A stretch of DNA of 64,000 nt, taken from positions 823,151 through 887,150 of the forward strand of contig CAVQKY010000005.1 in NCBI GenBank assembly GCA_963713215.1. The letters are read 5' to 3'. The DNA is from an uncultured Pseudomonadota bacterium (GTDB taxonomy: Bacteria > Pseudomonadota > Gammaproteobacteria > Steroidobacterales > Woeseiaceae). The position numbers and the translations under genes were made by a program. Below, one piece after another: positions 46,025-55,731 of this stretch (the stretch's first letter is position 1; every line of letters begins with the position of its first letter). Under the pieces are notes generated by a model. It was not told the origin of the DNA. It saw nothing but the letters and a program-made list of their open reading frames with translations, and made no database searches.

Positions 46025-47239
46025 ATGCAAGCAAGCCGAGGCGCCGGCCTCCCGCCGCCGGACGACGAAAGCAACGAACATTCCAGGCGCTGCGCGCTGC
46101 ATATCCGGGCCCGGATGCAGGCGGCGGGCGGCTCACTGTCGTTCGCGGACTTTATGCAGGAAGCCCTGTACGCGCCTGGCCTCGGCTACTACGCCGCGGG
46201 CGCGACGAAGTTCGGCCGGCAAGGGGACTTCGTCACGGCGCCGGAGGTGTCGCCCCTGTTCGGGCGTGTGCTGGCGCGCGTTTGTGCAGAGGTGCTGGAG
46301 GCGCTCGGCGATGGCGGGATCCTGGAATTCGGTGGCGGCAGCGGCCGCCTCGCAGTGGATGTGCTGCGAAAGCTCGAATCGCTGGGATCGCTGCCGACAT
46401 GCTATTCGATTCTCGAGGTCTCCGCCGAACTCCGGGAGCGGCAGTCGGCCGTTCTGGCTCGGGAGCTGCCGCATCTCGCCGGGCGCGTACGCTGGCTTGA
46501 CGAGTTGCCGGCCGCGCACCGCGGGCTGGTGCTGGCGAATGAAGTACTCGACGCCCTGCCGGTGGAACGCTTCCGCATCAACGACGGTGTCCGGCAACTG
46601 CGTGTCGGCCTCGACGGTGACCGATTTCGCTGGTTCGAGGCGCCGGCGCCGGCCCGACTCGAGTCGGCGGTGGTGGACATCGAGAGCGACATCGGGCGAC
46701 AGCTCGAGGCGGGCTTCACCTCCGAGTATTCACCGCTGGCCGCGCCCTGGATCGCGTCGGTGTGCGACAGGCTGGATGCCGGTCTCGTGCTCCTGTTTGA
46801 TTACGGCACCAGCCGGCGTGAGTATTATGCGCCCGACCGGTTCCACGGCTGGCTGAGGTGCCACTTCCGGCATCACGTCCACGACGACCCATTGCTGCTG
46901 CCCGGTATCCAGGACATCAGCGGCTGGGTGGATTTCACGGCGGCCGCCGACGCAGCGGCAGGCGCCGGCGCCGGGATTGCGGGCTTTGTCTCGCAGGCCG
47001 GGTTCCTGCTGGCCGGCGGCATCCTCGAAGAAGCGGCGGCATGCTCACCGGCATCACCCCGTGCGCGGATCGAATTGGCAACGCAGGTGAAAATGCTTAC
47101 TCTCCCCGGGCAGATGGGTGAGCGGTTCAAGTGCCTCGGCCTCGCCCGTGCGCTCGATGCCGATTCCCCTCGCTTTGACTGCCCAGGACAGGACCCACAG
47201 CTTATGACGCAACGGATTGCCGCGCGGAGCCTCGCGTGA
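46025..47239 (+). CDS. SAM-dependent methyltransferase, DUF185 (MidA/NDUFAF7-like)
   Basis: In-frame ATG 46025 of ORF 45872..47239. Hallmark GDFVTAPEVSPLFG, then ILEFGGGSGRLAVDVL. Confidence 0.75.
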   Translation: MQASRGAGLPPPDDESNEHSRRCALHIRARMQAAGGSLSFADFMQEALYAPGLGYYAAGATKFGRQGDFVTAPEVSPLFGRVLARVCAEVLEALGDGGILEFGGGSGRLAVDVLRKLESLGSLPTCYSILEVSAELRERQSAVLARELPHLAGRVRWLDELPAAHRGLVLANEVLDALPVERFRINDGVRQLRVGLDGDRFRWFEAPAPARLESAVVDIESDIGRQLEAGFTSEYSPLAAPWIASVCDRLDAGLVLLFDYGTSRREYYAPDRFHGWLRCHFRHHVHDDPLLLPGIQDISGWVDFTAAADAAAGAGAGIAGFVSQAGFLLAGGILEEAAACSPASPRARIELATQVKMLTLPGQMGERFKCLGLARALDADSPRFDCPGQDPQLMTQRIAARSLA

Positions 47240-48036
47240 GCTGGCTCCAGGTCGTGGTGCTTGCCATCGTGCAGGGGATTACCGAATTTCTTCCCGTCTC
47301 GAGTTCGGGCCACCTGGTCCTCGTGCCGAGCGTCTTCGGTTGGGGCGACCAGGGGCTCGTATTCGACGTGGCCGTCCATTTCGGGTCGCTCCTTGCCGTC
47401 TGTGCCTATTTCCGCACGGACATCGCGGAGCTGATCCGGGGCAGTCTCGAAGTGGTCGCGGCGCAAATCGATAGTCCGCGGTCGAAGCTCGCGCTCGGCA
47501 TCGCGCTCGGCACGATGCCCGCAGCCGTCGCGGGACTGACGATGGCAGGCTGGATCGAGGAACACCTGCGATCGCCGGCCGTCATCGTCGTGACGCTCTC
47601 GGCCTACGGCATCCTGATGGTCATTGCGGACCGGCTTGGAAGCCGGGAAAAAGCTGTCACCGACATCACCGTTCGCGACGCCTTTTTCATCGGCTGTGCG
47701 CAGGCACTCGCACTGGTACCCGGCACATCGCGCTCCGGGATTACGATCACTGCCGGCCGTTTTCTCGGTATCGCACGTCTGGATGCGGCGCGCTTTTCGT
47801 TTCTTTTGTCGGTGCCGGTCATCCTCATGGCCTCCCTCTACGAAGGGCTGAAACTGCTGTTCGGCGAGGTAGCCGTGAACGGGTCCGAGCTGGTCCTCGG
47901 CGTTGTCGTGTCCGCCATCGTGGCCTACCTCACGATCGGCTTTTTCATGCGCGTCGTCGGCCGCATCGGGCTCCTGCCCTTTGCACTTTACCGGCTGGGC
48001 CTGGCCGCCGTGATCCTGTATCTGCTCGTCGGCTAG
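47236..48036 (+). CDS. uppP: undecaprenyl-diphosphate phosphatase
   Basis: ORF 47236..48036 (GTG). QGITEFLPVSSSGHL and PGTSRSGITI motifs. Confidence 0.9.
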   Translation: MSWLQVVVLAIVQGITEFLPVSSSGHLVLVPSVFGWGDQGLVFDVAVHFGSLLAVCAYFRTDIAELIRGSLEVVAAQIDSPRSKLALGIALGTMPAAVAGLTMAGWIEEHLRSPAVIVVTLSAYGILMVIADRLGSREKAVTDITVRDAFFIGCAQALALVPGTSRSGITITAGRFLGIARLDAARFSFLLSVPVILMASLYEGLKLLFGEVAVNGSELVLGVVVSAIVAYLTIGFFMRVVGRIGLLPFALYRLGLAAVILYLLVG

Positions 48037-49250
48037 TCGTTTCGCAGCGCTTCGATCGCACCGAGCCGCGCGCGGCGGATGGCTGCGCCCGCCGCGGTCC
48101 CTTCCTTGCCGGCCGCTGCCGCCCGCGTGTCGATCGACTGCGCGGCAGAAAGCGCGCGCCGCAGTCGGCCCGCCTGTTCGTAGGGGCGGTCTTCCAGCCC
48201 TGCGCGACCGCGCGCGTCCGCTTCGCAGGCGACGAGGAATTGTTCGAATCGTCCGGGCCGGCGGAAGGCATCGGTTGCCTCGAACAGTTTCAGGACCGTC
48301 GAGTTCTTGAGTTCGAGTGCGCGATGGCAGTGCGTGTGCCACTTTGCCACCAGTACACCGAGTTCGCGACAGGCGCGCGGGACGGGCAGGCGCCGCGCCA
48401 TTTGCTCGATAAGGCCGACACTGCGCGCCTCGTGTCCCGGGTGGCTCGGCAACCTGGACTTTTCCGTCGTCGCCTTGCCGAGGTCATGGACCAGGGCCGC
48501 AAAGCGAACCGGCAGTTCCTCCGACAAGCGCTCGGCCTGGTCCAACACCAGCATCGTGTGCAGACCGGTGTCGATCTCCGGATGCCACTTTGCCGGTTGT
48601 GGAATCCCGAATAGCGCGTCGACCTCTGGAAAAAGCCGCGCGAGTGCCCCGCATTCGCGCAGGGTCTCGAAATAGGTCCGGCTGTTGCAGCCGGCGAGGG
48701 CCGATTGTGTCTCGGCCCACACACGGTCGGGCACGAGCGCGTCGACCTCGCCGCTGGCGACCAGACTGCGCATCAATTCCATCGTTTCGTCCGCAATGCG
48801 AAAGCCGAGATCGTGGAAGCGGGCGCGAAACCGGGCCACGCGCAACAGTCGCACGGGATCTTCGGCGAAGGCCGGCGAAACGTGTCGCAGGCGGCGGTTC
48901 GCAAGGTCCCGTGCGCCGCCCCAGGGATCGATCAGGCGTCCGCCGGCATCCCGCGCCATGGCGTTTATGGTCAGGTCGCGGCGCCCGAGGTCCTCCTCGA
49001 TGCTCACGTCGGGCGACGTGTCGAAACGGAAGCCGTGATAACCGGTTCCCGTCTTGCGCTCGGTTCGTGCCAGCGCATATTCCTCCTTTGTTTGCGGGTG
49101 CAGGAACACGGGGAAATCGCGGCCAACCGGAGTAAAACCGCGATCGAGCATGGCGCCGGGCGACTCACCAACCACGCACCAGTCGCGCTCCCGAATCGGC
49201 AGGCCGAGCATATCGTCGCGCACGGCACCGCCAACGAGGTAGATTCGCAT
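48033..49250 (-). CDS. cca: multifunctional CCA-adding enzyme with HD domain
   Basis: ORF 48033..49250. MRIYLVGGAVRD, RDLTINAM, HD region ALVHDLGK. Confidence 0.9.
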   Translation of the reverse strand: MRIYLVGGAVRDDMLGLPIRERDWCVVGESPGAMLDRGFTPVGRDFPVFLHPQTKEEYALARTERKTGTGYHGFRFDTSPDVSIEEDLGRRDLTINAMARDAGGRLIDPWGGARDLANRRLRHVSPAFAEDPVRLLRVARFRARFHDLGFRIADETMELMRSLVASGEVDALVPDRVWAETQSALAGCNSRTYFETLRECGALARLFPEVDALFGIPQPAKWHPEIDTGLHTMLVLDQAERLSEELPVRFAALVHDLGKATTEKSRLPSHPGHEARSVGLIEQMARRLPVPRACRELGVLVAKWHTHCHRALELKNSTVLKLFEATDAFRRPGRFEQFLVACEADARGRAGLEDRPYEQAGRLRRALSAAQSIDTRAAAAGKEGTAAGAAIRRARLGAIEALRND

Positions 49251-49392
49251 CAGTTCCGCCTGCGCCGAGAATGCCGGTTCATGTAATGACTATACCCCAA
49301 GCCCGGAAAACCGCGGTCGCATCCGAACTTGTCGCCGGCGATACAGCCCGTTTATTCTGACCGCGTACATGCCCGAGCCTGGATAAAAACAA

Positions 49393-50430
49393 ATGAAGAA
49401 TTCGCGCGTCTTGCAGCTGTTCGCCATTGTCGTCACGGTCACGCCGTTCGCAGAACAGGCAATGGCCGACAAGACCGATGTCGTTACTCTGGTCAACGGC
49501 AATGACGTCACGGGCGAAATCAAGTCACTGGATTTCGGCGCGCTCTCGTACAGCACCGACTCGATGGGCACGGTGACGATCGACTGGGAGGACGTAACCG
49601 GGGTGGTGAGCAACCAGACCCTGGAAGTGGAAATCACGGACGGTAAGCGTTTTTTCGGCAAGCTCCTTCCGCCGGAGGAAAAAGGCACGCTCCGGATCCA
49701 GACGGCCGGCAGCGAAATCACCCAGCCGCGCAGCAGCGTCGTCCGGATGACGCCCATCGAGTCAGACGCCAGGTTCGTCGAGCGTCTGGATGGTTCTTTC
49801 GGTCTCGGATTTCAAACGCAGAAATCGAGCGAGGTCACGACGTCGAATGTGACGGCGGACATCAGTTATCGGGCGCGCGATTATCTCGCCGGTGTCCGGC
49901 TGAATTCGACGGTGACGGACCAGCCGAGCGAACAGACGACCGCGCGGCAGAATGTGCAGTTCAATTACCAGCGGTTTCGCGCAAATCGCTGGTTTGCCGA
50001 CTGGTTTGCCGGCTGGGAGCGCAATGACGAGCTCGGCCTGCAGGCCCGAACTTCGGGCGGTGCAGCGTGGGGCCGATACATCGTGCAGACCAACAGGAAC
50101 GAGTTCTCGGTGACCGGCGGCGCGCAGCTGGCACGCGAGCTGTATTACGGTGAGGACCCCAGCGATACCGTGGCGGAAGGCCGTATCGAAGTTCGTTACC
50201 TGTATCGCGACATCGCGCCGGATACCTCGCTCAACCTGACCACGACGATCTACCCGCTGCTGCGTGACCTCAGCAATTTCCGTACGGAAACCGACCTGAG
50301 TTTCAGGCGCGAGTTCATCGAAGACATTTACTTCGACATCAGCATCGGCCACTCCTATACCAGTGATCCGCCCTCCGGGGGTGAACAATCGGACTACGCC
50401 GTAACGACTTCGCTCGGCTACGATTTCTGA
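49393..50430 (+). CDS. DUF481 (YdiY-like) outer-membrane barrel protein
   Basis: ORF 49393..50430. Signal, N-terminal VTLVNGNDVTGEIKSL / ITDGKRFFGKLL repeats, then an alternating-strand barrel ending SLGYDF. Confidence 0.6.
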   Translation: MKNSRVLQLFAIVVTVTPFAEQAMADKTDVVTLVNGNDVTGEIKSLDFGALSYSTDSMGTVTIDWEDVTGVVSNQTLEVEITDGKRFFGKLLPPEEKGTLRIQTAGSEITQPRSSVVRMTPIESDARFVERLDGSFGLGFQTQKSSEVTTSNVTADISYRARDYLAGVRLNSTVTDQPSEQTTARQNVQFNYQRFRANRWFADWFAGWERNDELGLQARTSGGAAWGRYIVQTNRNEFSVTGGAQLARELYYGEDPSDTVAEGRIEVRYLYRDIAPDTSLNLTTTIYPLLRDLSNFRTETDLSFRREFIEDIYFDISIGHSYTSDPPSGGEQSDYAVTTSLGYDF

Positions 50431-50432
50431 GC

Positions 50433-51512
50433 GTGAAGCGATTCGTACACCGCTGCCTCGCAGCAGGGCTGATGGCCGCGTGCTGTGCAAACCTGGGCGG
50501 CTGCTATTACTTGCAGGCGGTTCGAGGCCAGCTCGAGGTGCTGTGCAAGCGGGAGCCTATTGTCGAGGTCCTCGCCGATGCCGCGACCCCTGCCCAGGTG
50601 GCGGAACGGCTGAAGCTCGTGCAACAGGCCCGGGACTTCTCGATCGAGACGCTCAGGATGCCCGATAACGGTACGTACCGGAGCTATGCAGATCTCGGCC
50701 GTGATTACGTCGTGTGGAGCATTTTCGCGGCGCCCGAGTTGTCGCTGGATGCCGTCAACTGGTGTTATCCGGTCGTCGGCTGCGTTTCCTACCGCGGTTA
50801 CTTCCGCGAGGAGCGGGCATTGCAAGAAGCCCAGGCGCTCGAGGCGCGGGGCTTCGACGTCTACGTCGGTGGTGTGCCTGCCTATTCGACGCTCGGCCGC
50901 TTCGACGATCCCGTTCTCAATACGATGTTGCGCTGGGATGACCTCCAGCTCGTAGGCACGGTTTTTCACGAACTCGCGCACCAGGTGCTCTACATCCCGG
51001 ACGACACCGGTTTCAACGAGTCTTTCGCATCCACGGTCGAGGAGATCGGCGTAGAGCGGTTCCTGCTCAGCCGGGGTTCCGATGCAGCACTTGCCGTGTA
51101 CCGGCAGCGAGCACAACAGCGACACGGGCTGCGCGAGCTGATTGCTGCAGCGCGTGACGATCTCGAGCGCTATTACAGGGAGACGCTCGATGATGACGAA
51201 AAGCGTCTCCTGAAAGAAGACCGCCTCGAAGCGCTGTCAGCCGACGTCCGTGCCCTCGTCGCAAGCCAGGGAATGCCGACCGCGAACGGGTTCCTTGCCG
51301 CCTGGAACAACGCCCGCCTGTTGTCGTTCAGCCTGTACTCGGGCTGGGTGCCGGCCTTCCGCCGCATGTACGCCGACTGCGGACAGGACATCGAGTGCTT
51401 CTATGCCGAGGCAACACGTGTATCCGCGCTCGATCGCGCCGCGCGCGAGCATTACCTCGAGGTGTTTGCCAGCCGCTCTGCGGGGTCTCTGGGTTCGATG
51501 GCCGCGAACTGA
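50433..51512 (+). CDS. putative lipoprotein zinc aminopeptidase (DUF2265-type)
   Basis: ORF 50433..51512. Lipobox NLGGC|YY. WCYPVVGCVSYRGYF and zinc motif FHELAHQ. Confidence 0.7.
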   Translation: MKRFVHRCLAAGLMAACCANLGGCYYLQAVRGQLEVLCKREPIVEVLADAATPAQVAERLKLVQQARDFSIETLRMPDNGTYRSYADLGRDYVVWSIFAAPELSLDAVNWCYPVVGCVSYRGYFREERALQEAQALEARGFDVYVGGVPAYSTLGRFDDPVLNTMLRWDDLQLVGTVFHELAHQVLYIPDDTGFNESFASTVEEIGVERFLLSRGSDAALAVYRQRAQQRHGLRELIAAARDDLERYYRETLDDDEKRLLKEDRLEALSADVRALVASQGMPTANGFLAAWNNARLLSFSLYSGWVPAFRRMYADCGQDIECFYAEATRVSALDRAAREHYLEVFASRSAGSLGSMAAN

Positions 51513-53452
51513 TCGCTCAGCCGCCGCGTCTCGCCGCTGAGCCGCCAGTGGAAAATCGTCTCGGCCTCGAGAACCCGGCGAACGTACTGGCGGGTTTCGT
51601 CGTACGGTATGCTCTCGATCCAGACTCGCGCGTCCACGGGGTCCTGGCGTGGAATCCATGCCGCGACACGTTCCGGACCGGCATTGTATGCGGCCGTTGC
51701 CAGGATCCGATTACCCGCGAAGCGTGCAGTCATGCGGCCGAGATAGGCTGTACCAAGCCGGATATTTGCCACGGGATCCGTCAGCGTCTCTGCGCCGGCG
51801 AACGGAATTTTCATCGACTGCGCAATATTGCGGCCGGTGGCGGGCAAGAGCTGCATGAGACCGATCGCCCCGGTGCTCGAGCGTACATCGCGCATGAACA
51901 GGCTCTCGCTCCGCGCGATGCCATACGCCCAGGTCACGGGAATATTCGCCGCGGACGCCCGGCTTTCGAACGCGTCCCGGTACGGCAGGGGATAACGCAA
52001 AGCGAGATCATGGTATTCCCCGATCCCCGCAGCGGCGGTGATTGCCCGTGAATGCCAGCCCCAGCGATGCGCGAGCAGGGCAGCCTGGCGTTTCTCCTCC
52101 GGCGTGAATGAGGCTATTGCCGCGTCCCATTCCGAACGGCCCCGGCCGTCCAGGCCGACGAAGTACAGCTCACGAGCACGCACCAGCGCCGGCAGGCTCT
52201 CGAGCCGCGCGATCAAGGCTTCATCCGGCTCGAGATTCGCATGCCCGAACCGGTAGCCCTCGCCGAGTTCGTCCGCTGCGAGGAACCCGTAGTAACTCCG
52301 CTCCCCGGCCAGAGCCGCGAGTTCGGCGGCGCCGAGCGCCTCGCCACCGGTTTCGCGGAGTGCAATTGCCCGCCAGTACCGCCACTCCTGGAGCTGAGCT
52401 TCGTCTTCCGCCATCGCATGGATACCAGCCAGCACGCCGTCCCAGTCGGCGTCGTTGAGGCTCGCCCGGGTCCGCCATCGCAGCACCTCCGGGTCTACCG
52501 CTTCGGGCGGCAACCCGGAAAGCCGCTCTGCCGCGCCAGGCAGCCGGTGCCGCGCCGTCCAAAGGGCGATGTGACGCCCGGTCTCCCGTTGCACCGACTC
52601 ATTGAAGGGCAGGCGCCGCGCGAGCGGCCGCCACAGCTCATGCGCGCGCGCGGGATCCCGGTAAGCCAGCCGTCTCGCCGCATAGGCGAGCTGCAGGAGC
52701 CGGGCCTGATCCGCCGGCCGGCGGCCATCGGCGAGCAGGAAATCTTCCGGATTATTTTGTGCGTCAAGCCAGGCGTCGGCAATTCCGCGGTAATCCTCCC
52801 CTATCGATGTGCCGAGCCAGCGGGCAAGTCCGAACGATTCCGCCTCGATCGCCTTCGCGAAACGCTCGCGATAGAGGGCTTTGGTGAGAAGGCCGCGATC
52901 GTCGAGATAGCCGAATACCGGGTCGCATTCCGGTACCTGGCTCCGGCCGACGAGCCACAATGTCCTGGCCGCATCCGCGACCCGGGTTCCTTCGCCGGCG
53001 GCAATCCGCGCCTGCAGGGCCAGGCAATCCAGGGCCGGATCCGCAAGTTCGGCATAGTGGGCGCTGTAGATCGCGTAGTACGCGGCCAGCTCGCCGCGGC
53101 GGGCGAGCTCCAGTGCATAGCGGTATCGCAGTTCCCGCGCCGGCTTCAGCGAGCCGTGGACCGCGAGGAAGCGCAGGACTGCGCCGTCCGGCGCGGTGTT
53201 CAGGGTGGCGCGCAGCCAGGCGGCCTCGAGGTCCGGCCACAGGACATAGCTTTCGAGTAACTGACGATCGGGTGCTCGCAATGTGTCGATGCCCGACCGG
53301 TCACCGAGTTCGACGCGCGGAAGGTTCGCGGTGAACAACGCACGCTGCCGTTCAAGGTCCGAAGCGGCCGGTGCGGCCGGCGCGGATGCGACAGCCGCGC
53401 AAAGCGCGGCTGTCATCACGGCCTTTCGCGATGTCCTGGCGAAATCACGCAC
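51452..53452 (-). CDS. slt: soluble lytic murein transglycosylase (Slt70-like)
   Basis: ORF 51452..53452 (the start could be the internal MTAALCAAV at 53416). Superhelical N-domain. Catalytic block ARSESLFMRDVRSSTGAIGLMQLLPATG..AYNAGP. Confidence 0.85.
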   Translation of the reverse strand: MRDFARTSRKAVMTAALCAAVASAPAAPAASDLERQRALFTANLPRVELGDRSGIDTLRAPDRQLLESYVLWPDLEAAWLRATLNTAPDGAVLRFLAVHGSLKPARELRYRYALELARRGELAAYYAIYSAHYAELADPALDCLALQARIAAGEGTRVADAARTLWLVGRSQVPECDPVFGYLDDRGLLTKALYRERFAKAIEAESFGLARWLGTSIGEDYRGIADAWLDAQNNPEDFLLADGRRPADQARLLQLAYAARRLAYRDPARAHELWRPLARRLPFNESVQRETGRHIALWTARHRLPGAAERLSGLPPEAVDPEVLRWRTRASLNDADWDGVLAGIHAMAEDEAQLQEWRYWRAIALRETGGEALGAAELAALAGERSYYGFLAADELGEGYRFGHANLEPDEALIARLESLPALVRARELYFVGLDGRGRSEWDAAIASFTPEEKRQAALLAHRWGWHSRAITAAAGIGEYHDLALRYPLPYRDAFESRASAANIPVTWAYGIARSESLFMRDVRSSTGAIGLMQLLPATGRNIAQSMKIPFAGAETLTDPVANIRLGTAYLGRMTARFAGNRILATAAYNAGPERVAAWIPRQDPVDARVWIESIPYDETRQYVRRVLEAETIFHWRLSGETRRLSDQFAAIEPRDPAERLANTSR

Positions 53453-53473
53453 CCGGACATCGTACCTCGTCGG

Positions 53474-54805
53474 TCAGCGGATCTGCAGCATCAGTTGGCG
53501 ATCGCCGCGGACGACGAGCAAGAAGAGAATCTCCTGGTCGCTTGCTTCGCGTATCAGATCCGAGATGGACCCGACAGCGCTGCGGTTGACTGCGACGATC
53601 AGGTCGCCTTCCCGAAGTCCACGCTGGGCCGCCGGGCTGTTCGGCGTCACAGTGGTCACCTCGACGCCACCCCGGCTCGTCGCGGTATTGGCCGCGAACT
53701 GGGCGCCGGACAGTCCGGGATGAATGTCGGCGCCTTCACTCGTGACCGCTACGCGCTGTCCAAGGGTTGCGCTTGCAGTGTGGGTGCGGCCGTCACGGAC
53801 GTACTTGATCTCGACTTCTTCGCCCGCCGAGCGCAGACCGATCGCGTTCATCAGCTCGCGATTGTCACGAATCTTCTTGTCGTTGACCTCGACGATGATG
53901 TCCTCCACCTTGAGGCCTGCTTTTTCCGCGGCCGAATTCGGGGAAATCTCGGTTATGATCGCTCCGCTTTCCAAGTCCGCCCCCAGCGCTTCCGCCGCCG
54001 CGGCGTCGAGTGTGCTGATGGTGACGCCGAGCAGTCCGCGCCGCACTTCGCCATGGTTAAGGATCTGGCTCATGACGGAGTCCGCAATGGCGGTCGGCAC
54101 GGCGAAGCCGATCCCGACGTTGCCGCCGGTGCGGCTGATGATCGCGGAATTGATACCGATCAGTTCGCCCTCCATGTTGACGAGTGCGCCGCCGGAGTTG
54201 CCCGGATTGATCGACGCATCGGTCTGGATGAAGTCCTCGAGACCTTCGCCGATCCCGCTGCGGCCGAGCGCGCTCACGATCCCCGAGGTAACCGTGTGGC
54301 CTAGCCCGAACGGATTACCAATGGCGAGCACGAAGTCGCCCACGCGGACGGACGCTGAATCGCCGATCGGCATTTCGACCAGGCCGTCCGTTTCGACTTT
54401 GAGGACGGCGATGTCGGTGGCGGCATCGGAGCCGATGACCTCGGCATCGAGGAGCCGGCCATCGAACAGGGAGATCTTGATTTCATCCGCTTCCTGGACG
54501 ACGTGGTGATTGGTCAATATGTAACCGTTTTCGGCGTCGACGATGACACCCGAGCCGGCGCTGGCCACCTGGCGCGGACCGCCGTCCGGGAACCCGAAAA
54601 ATCGGCGAAATGCCTCGTCCCCGTAAGGTTGCGCCGACAGTGTCTGGCGCACGCGGATGTTTACCACTGCCGGCGAGGTTGCTTCGACCAGCGGCGCAAG
54701 ACTCGGCAGTTCCTGGCCGCCGATAATGGCGGGCAGGGCGGCCTCTGCACCCGTCGTCGACAGCAGCAGCAGGGCGAGGAAAAGGGTACGTAATTGCGTC
54801 ATCAT
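53474..54805 (-). CDS. Do/DegP-family periplasmic serine endoprotease with two PDZ domains
   Basis: ORF 53474..54805. Signal, HVV..D..DIAVLKV..GNSGGALVN catalytic triad context, two PDZ-like segments. Confidence 0.85.
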   Translation of the reverse strand: MMTQLRTLFLALLLLSTTGAEAALPAIIGGQELPSLAPLVEATSPAVVNIRVRQTLSAQPYGDEAFRRFFGFPDGGPRQVASAGSGVIVDAENGYILTNHHVVQEADEIKISLFDGRLLDAEVIGSDAATDIAVLKVETDGLVEMPIGDSASVRVGDFVLAIGNPFGLGHTVTSGIVSALGRSGIGEGLEDFIQTDASINPGNSGGALVNMEGELIGINSAIISRTGGNVGIGFAVPTAIADSVMSQILNHGEVRRGLLGVTISTLDAAAAEALGADLESGAIITEISPNSAAEKAGLKVEDIIVEVNDKKIRDNRELMNAIGLRSAGEEVEIKYVRDGRTHTASATLGQRVAVTSEGADIHPGLSGAQFAANTATSRGGVEVTTVTPNSPAAQRGLREGDLIVAVNRSAVGSISDLIREASDQEILFLLVVRGDRQLMLQIR

Positions 54806-54875
54806 GAAAGGTGCAACCTGCTAGTCATTTGTGTGGCTATGTCGGGCGGCCTTTCAAAAACGGCCGCACAGGGCG

Positions 54876-54904
54876 GTCGACCGCGCAGTCTCGCCAAAAG
54901 TTCC
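54876..54904 (-). promoter_or_regulatory. candidate sigmaE/AlgU-type promoter upstream of the DegP-family gene
   Basis: The minus strand reads GGAACTT-N17-TCGAC, about 70 nt upstream of the start codon. Consensus as I recall it is GGAACTT-N16/17-TCnnA. degP/mucD genes are classic sigmaE targets. Confidence 0.3.
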
Positions 54905-54922
54905 GCACGGTCCATGAAAGCT

Positions 54923-54953
54923 GCCCGGCTGGTACCCAGTGTAGCAGCCGGGC
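54923..54953 (-). terminator. stem-loop downstream of the Hsp20 gene (possible intrinsic terminator)
   Basis: Minus strand GCCCGGCTG-13 nt loop-CAGCCGGGC (9-bp perfect stem), starts 14 nt after the stop, followed by AGCTTTC (weak U tract). Confidence 0.35.
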
Positions 54954-54966
54954 GAGCGACCAAGGA

Positions 54967-55407
54967 TCAGGCCGCTTCGACGGCGATCCGTCGGGCCTTG
55001 ATCTCCGGTTGCTTCGGAATCGAGATTTCCAGGATTCCCTTGCTGCTGGTCGCCTTTATGCCTTCGGCGTCGGCGGTTTCCGGGAGATTGAAGCGGCGAT
55101 AGAAGCGCCCGAAGCTGCGCTCGACGCGGCGAAAGCCGTCCTCCTCGGTGCGAGACTCGGTTTTACGCTCGCCCGAGACGGTCAGCACGCCATTGTCCAT
55201 GCTGACGTCGATGTCCGCAGGGTCAACCCCGGGAACGTCGGCGCGCAGCACGAAGCGATCCTTCTCCTCGACGATATCCACCGCCGGTGCCCAGTCGGCC
55301 ACGGGGTTCTCGCTTTGCGCCTGCGACAGGTGCCCCTGTGCGAGACGATCGAGATCACGATGCAGCAGGTCGACGAGCGACCACGGTTCGAAACGTGTCA
55401 GGTTCAT
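54967..55407 (-). CDS. Hsp20/alpha-crystallin small heat-shock protein
   Basis: Start at MNLTRFEPWSL (55407, GAGGAG upstream) in ORF 54967..55512. WAPAVDIVEEKDRFVLRADVPGV..VSMDNGVLTVSGER..FGRFYRRFNLPE..GILEISIPK. Confidence 0.9.
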   Translation of the reverse strand: MNLTRFEPWSLVDLLHRDLDRLAQGHLSQAQSENPVADWAPAVDIVEEKDRFVLRADVPGVDPADIDVSMDNGVLTVSGERKTESRTEEDGFRRVERSFGRFYRRFNLPETADAEGIKATSSKGILEISIPKQPEIKARRIAVEAA

Positions 55408-55485
55408 GTTGTGCTCCTCGATTTGACTTGCGGCGGCCGTCAACGGGATGTCGGCCGGCTTACAAATTAACGCTAACCGGGAGCA

Positions 55486-55513
55486 AAATAGGGGCATCGC
55501 GCGGCAATTCAAG
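55486..55513 (-). promoter_or_regulatory. sigma32 (RpoH) heat-shock promoter of the Hsp20 gene
   Basis: The minus strand reads CTTGAA-TTGCCGCGCGATG-CCCCTATTT, close to CTTGAAA-N13/14-CCCCATnT. It lies ~80-105 nt upstream of the start codon. Confidence 0.55.
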
Positions 55514-55673
55514 CGGCACGGGGAGTCCCGCAGATGCTACTAGATGTAGTGATTTACAGCTGTCATAAACATGTCATCTGTTTTGCCGCACATTTAAAGA
55601 AGAAAACTCGCTATGGTTTTTAAGTGACTGATTTAATTTGATTTTTTTGAGCCACACATTTTGGCATAAACCC

Positions 55674-55702
55674 TTGACACGGGTGGCCCGCGGGCATAAT
55701 CT
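55674..55702 (+). promoter_or_regulatory. sigma70-like promoter for nrdJa
   Basis: TTGACA (55674..55679), then 15-17 nt, then CATAATCT (55695..55702). Preceded by an AT-rich tract. Confidence 0.45.
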
Positions 55703-55715
55703 ACCCCTCGCCCGG

Positions 55716-55731
55716 ACACAACATCTTGTGT
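55716..55731. promoter_or_regulatory. NrdR-box-like palindrome just downstream of the nrdJ promoter
   Basis: ACACAACATCTTGTGT matches 14 of 16 positions of the NrdR box consensus acaCwAtATaTwGtgt as I recall it. It is the core of the 20-bp palindrome GGACACAAcatcTTGTGTCC. Confidence 0.5.

Noticed and set aside
46873-48342. 489-aa ORF on the - strand spanning three annotated genes
   Set aside because: It runs antisense across the DUF185 methyltransferase and uppP and into cca. The translation is Arg/Ala/Pro-rich, and the sense genes carry diagnostic motifs.
55654-55669. Possible second NrdR box (ACACATTTTGGCATAA) upstream of the -35 element
   Set aside because: Only about 7 of 16 positions match the consensus, it is not palindromic, and the spacing to the good box (~62 bp) is not the usual ~31-32 bp.
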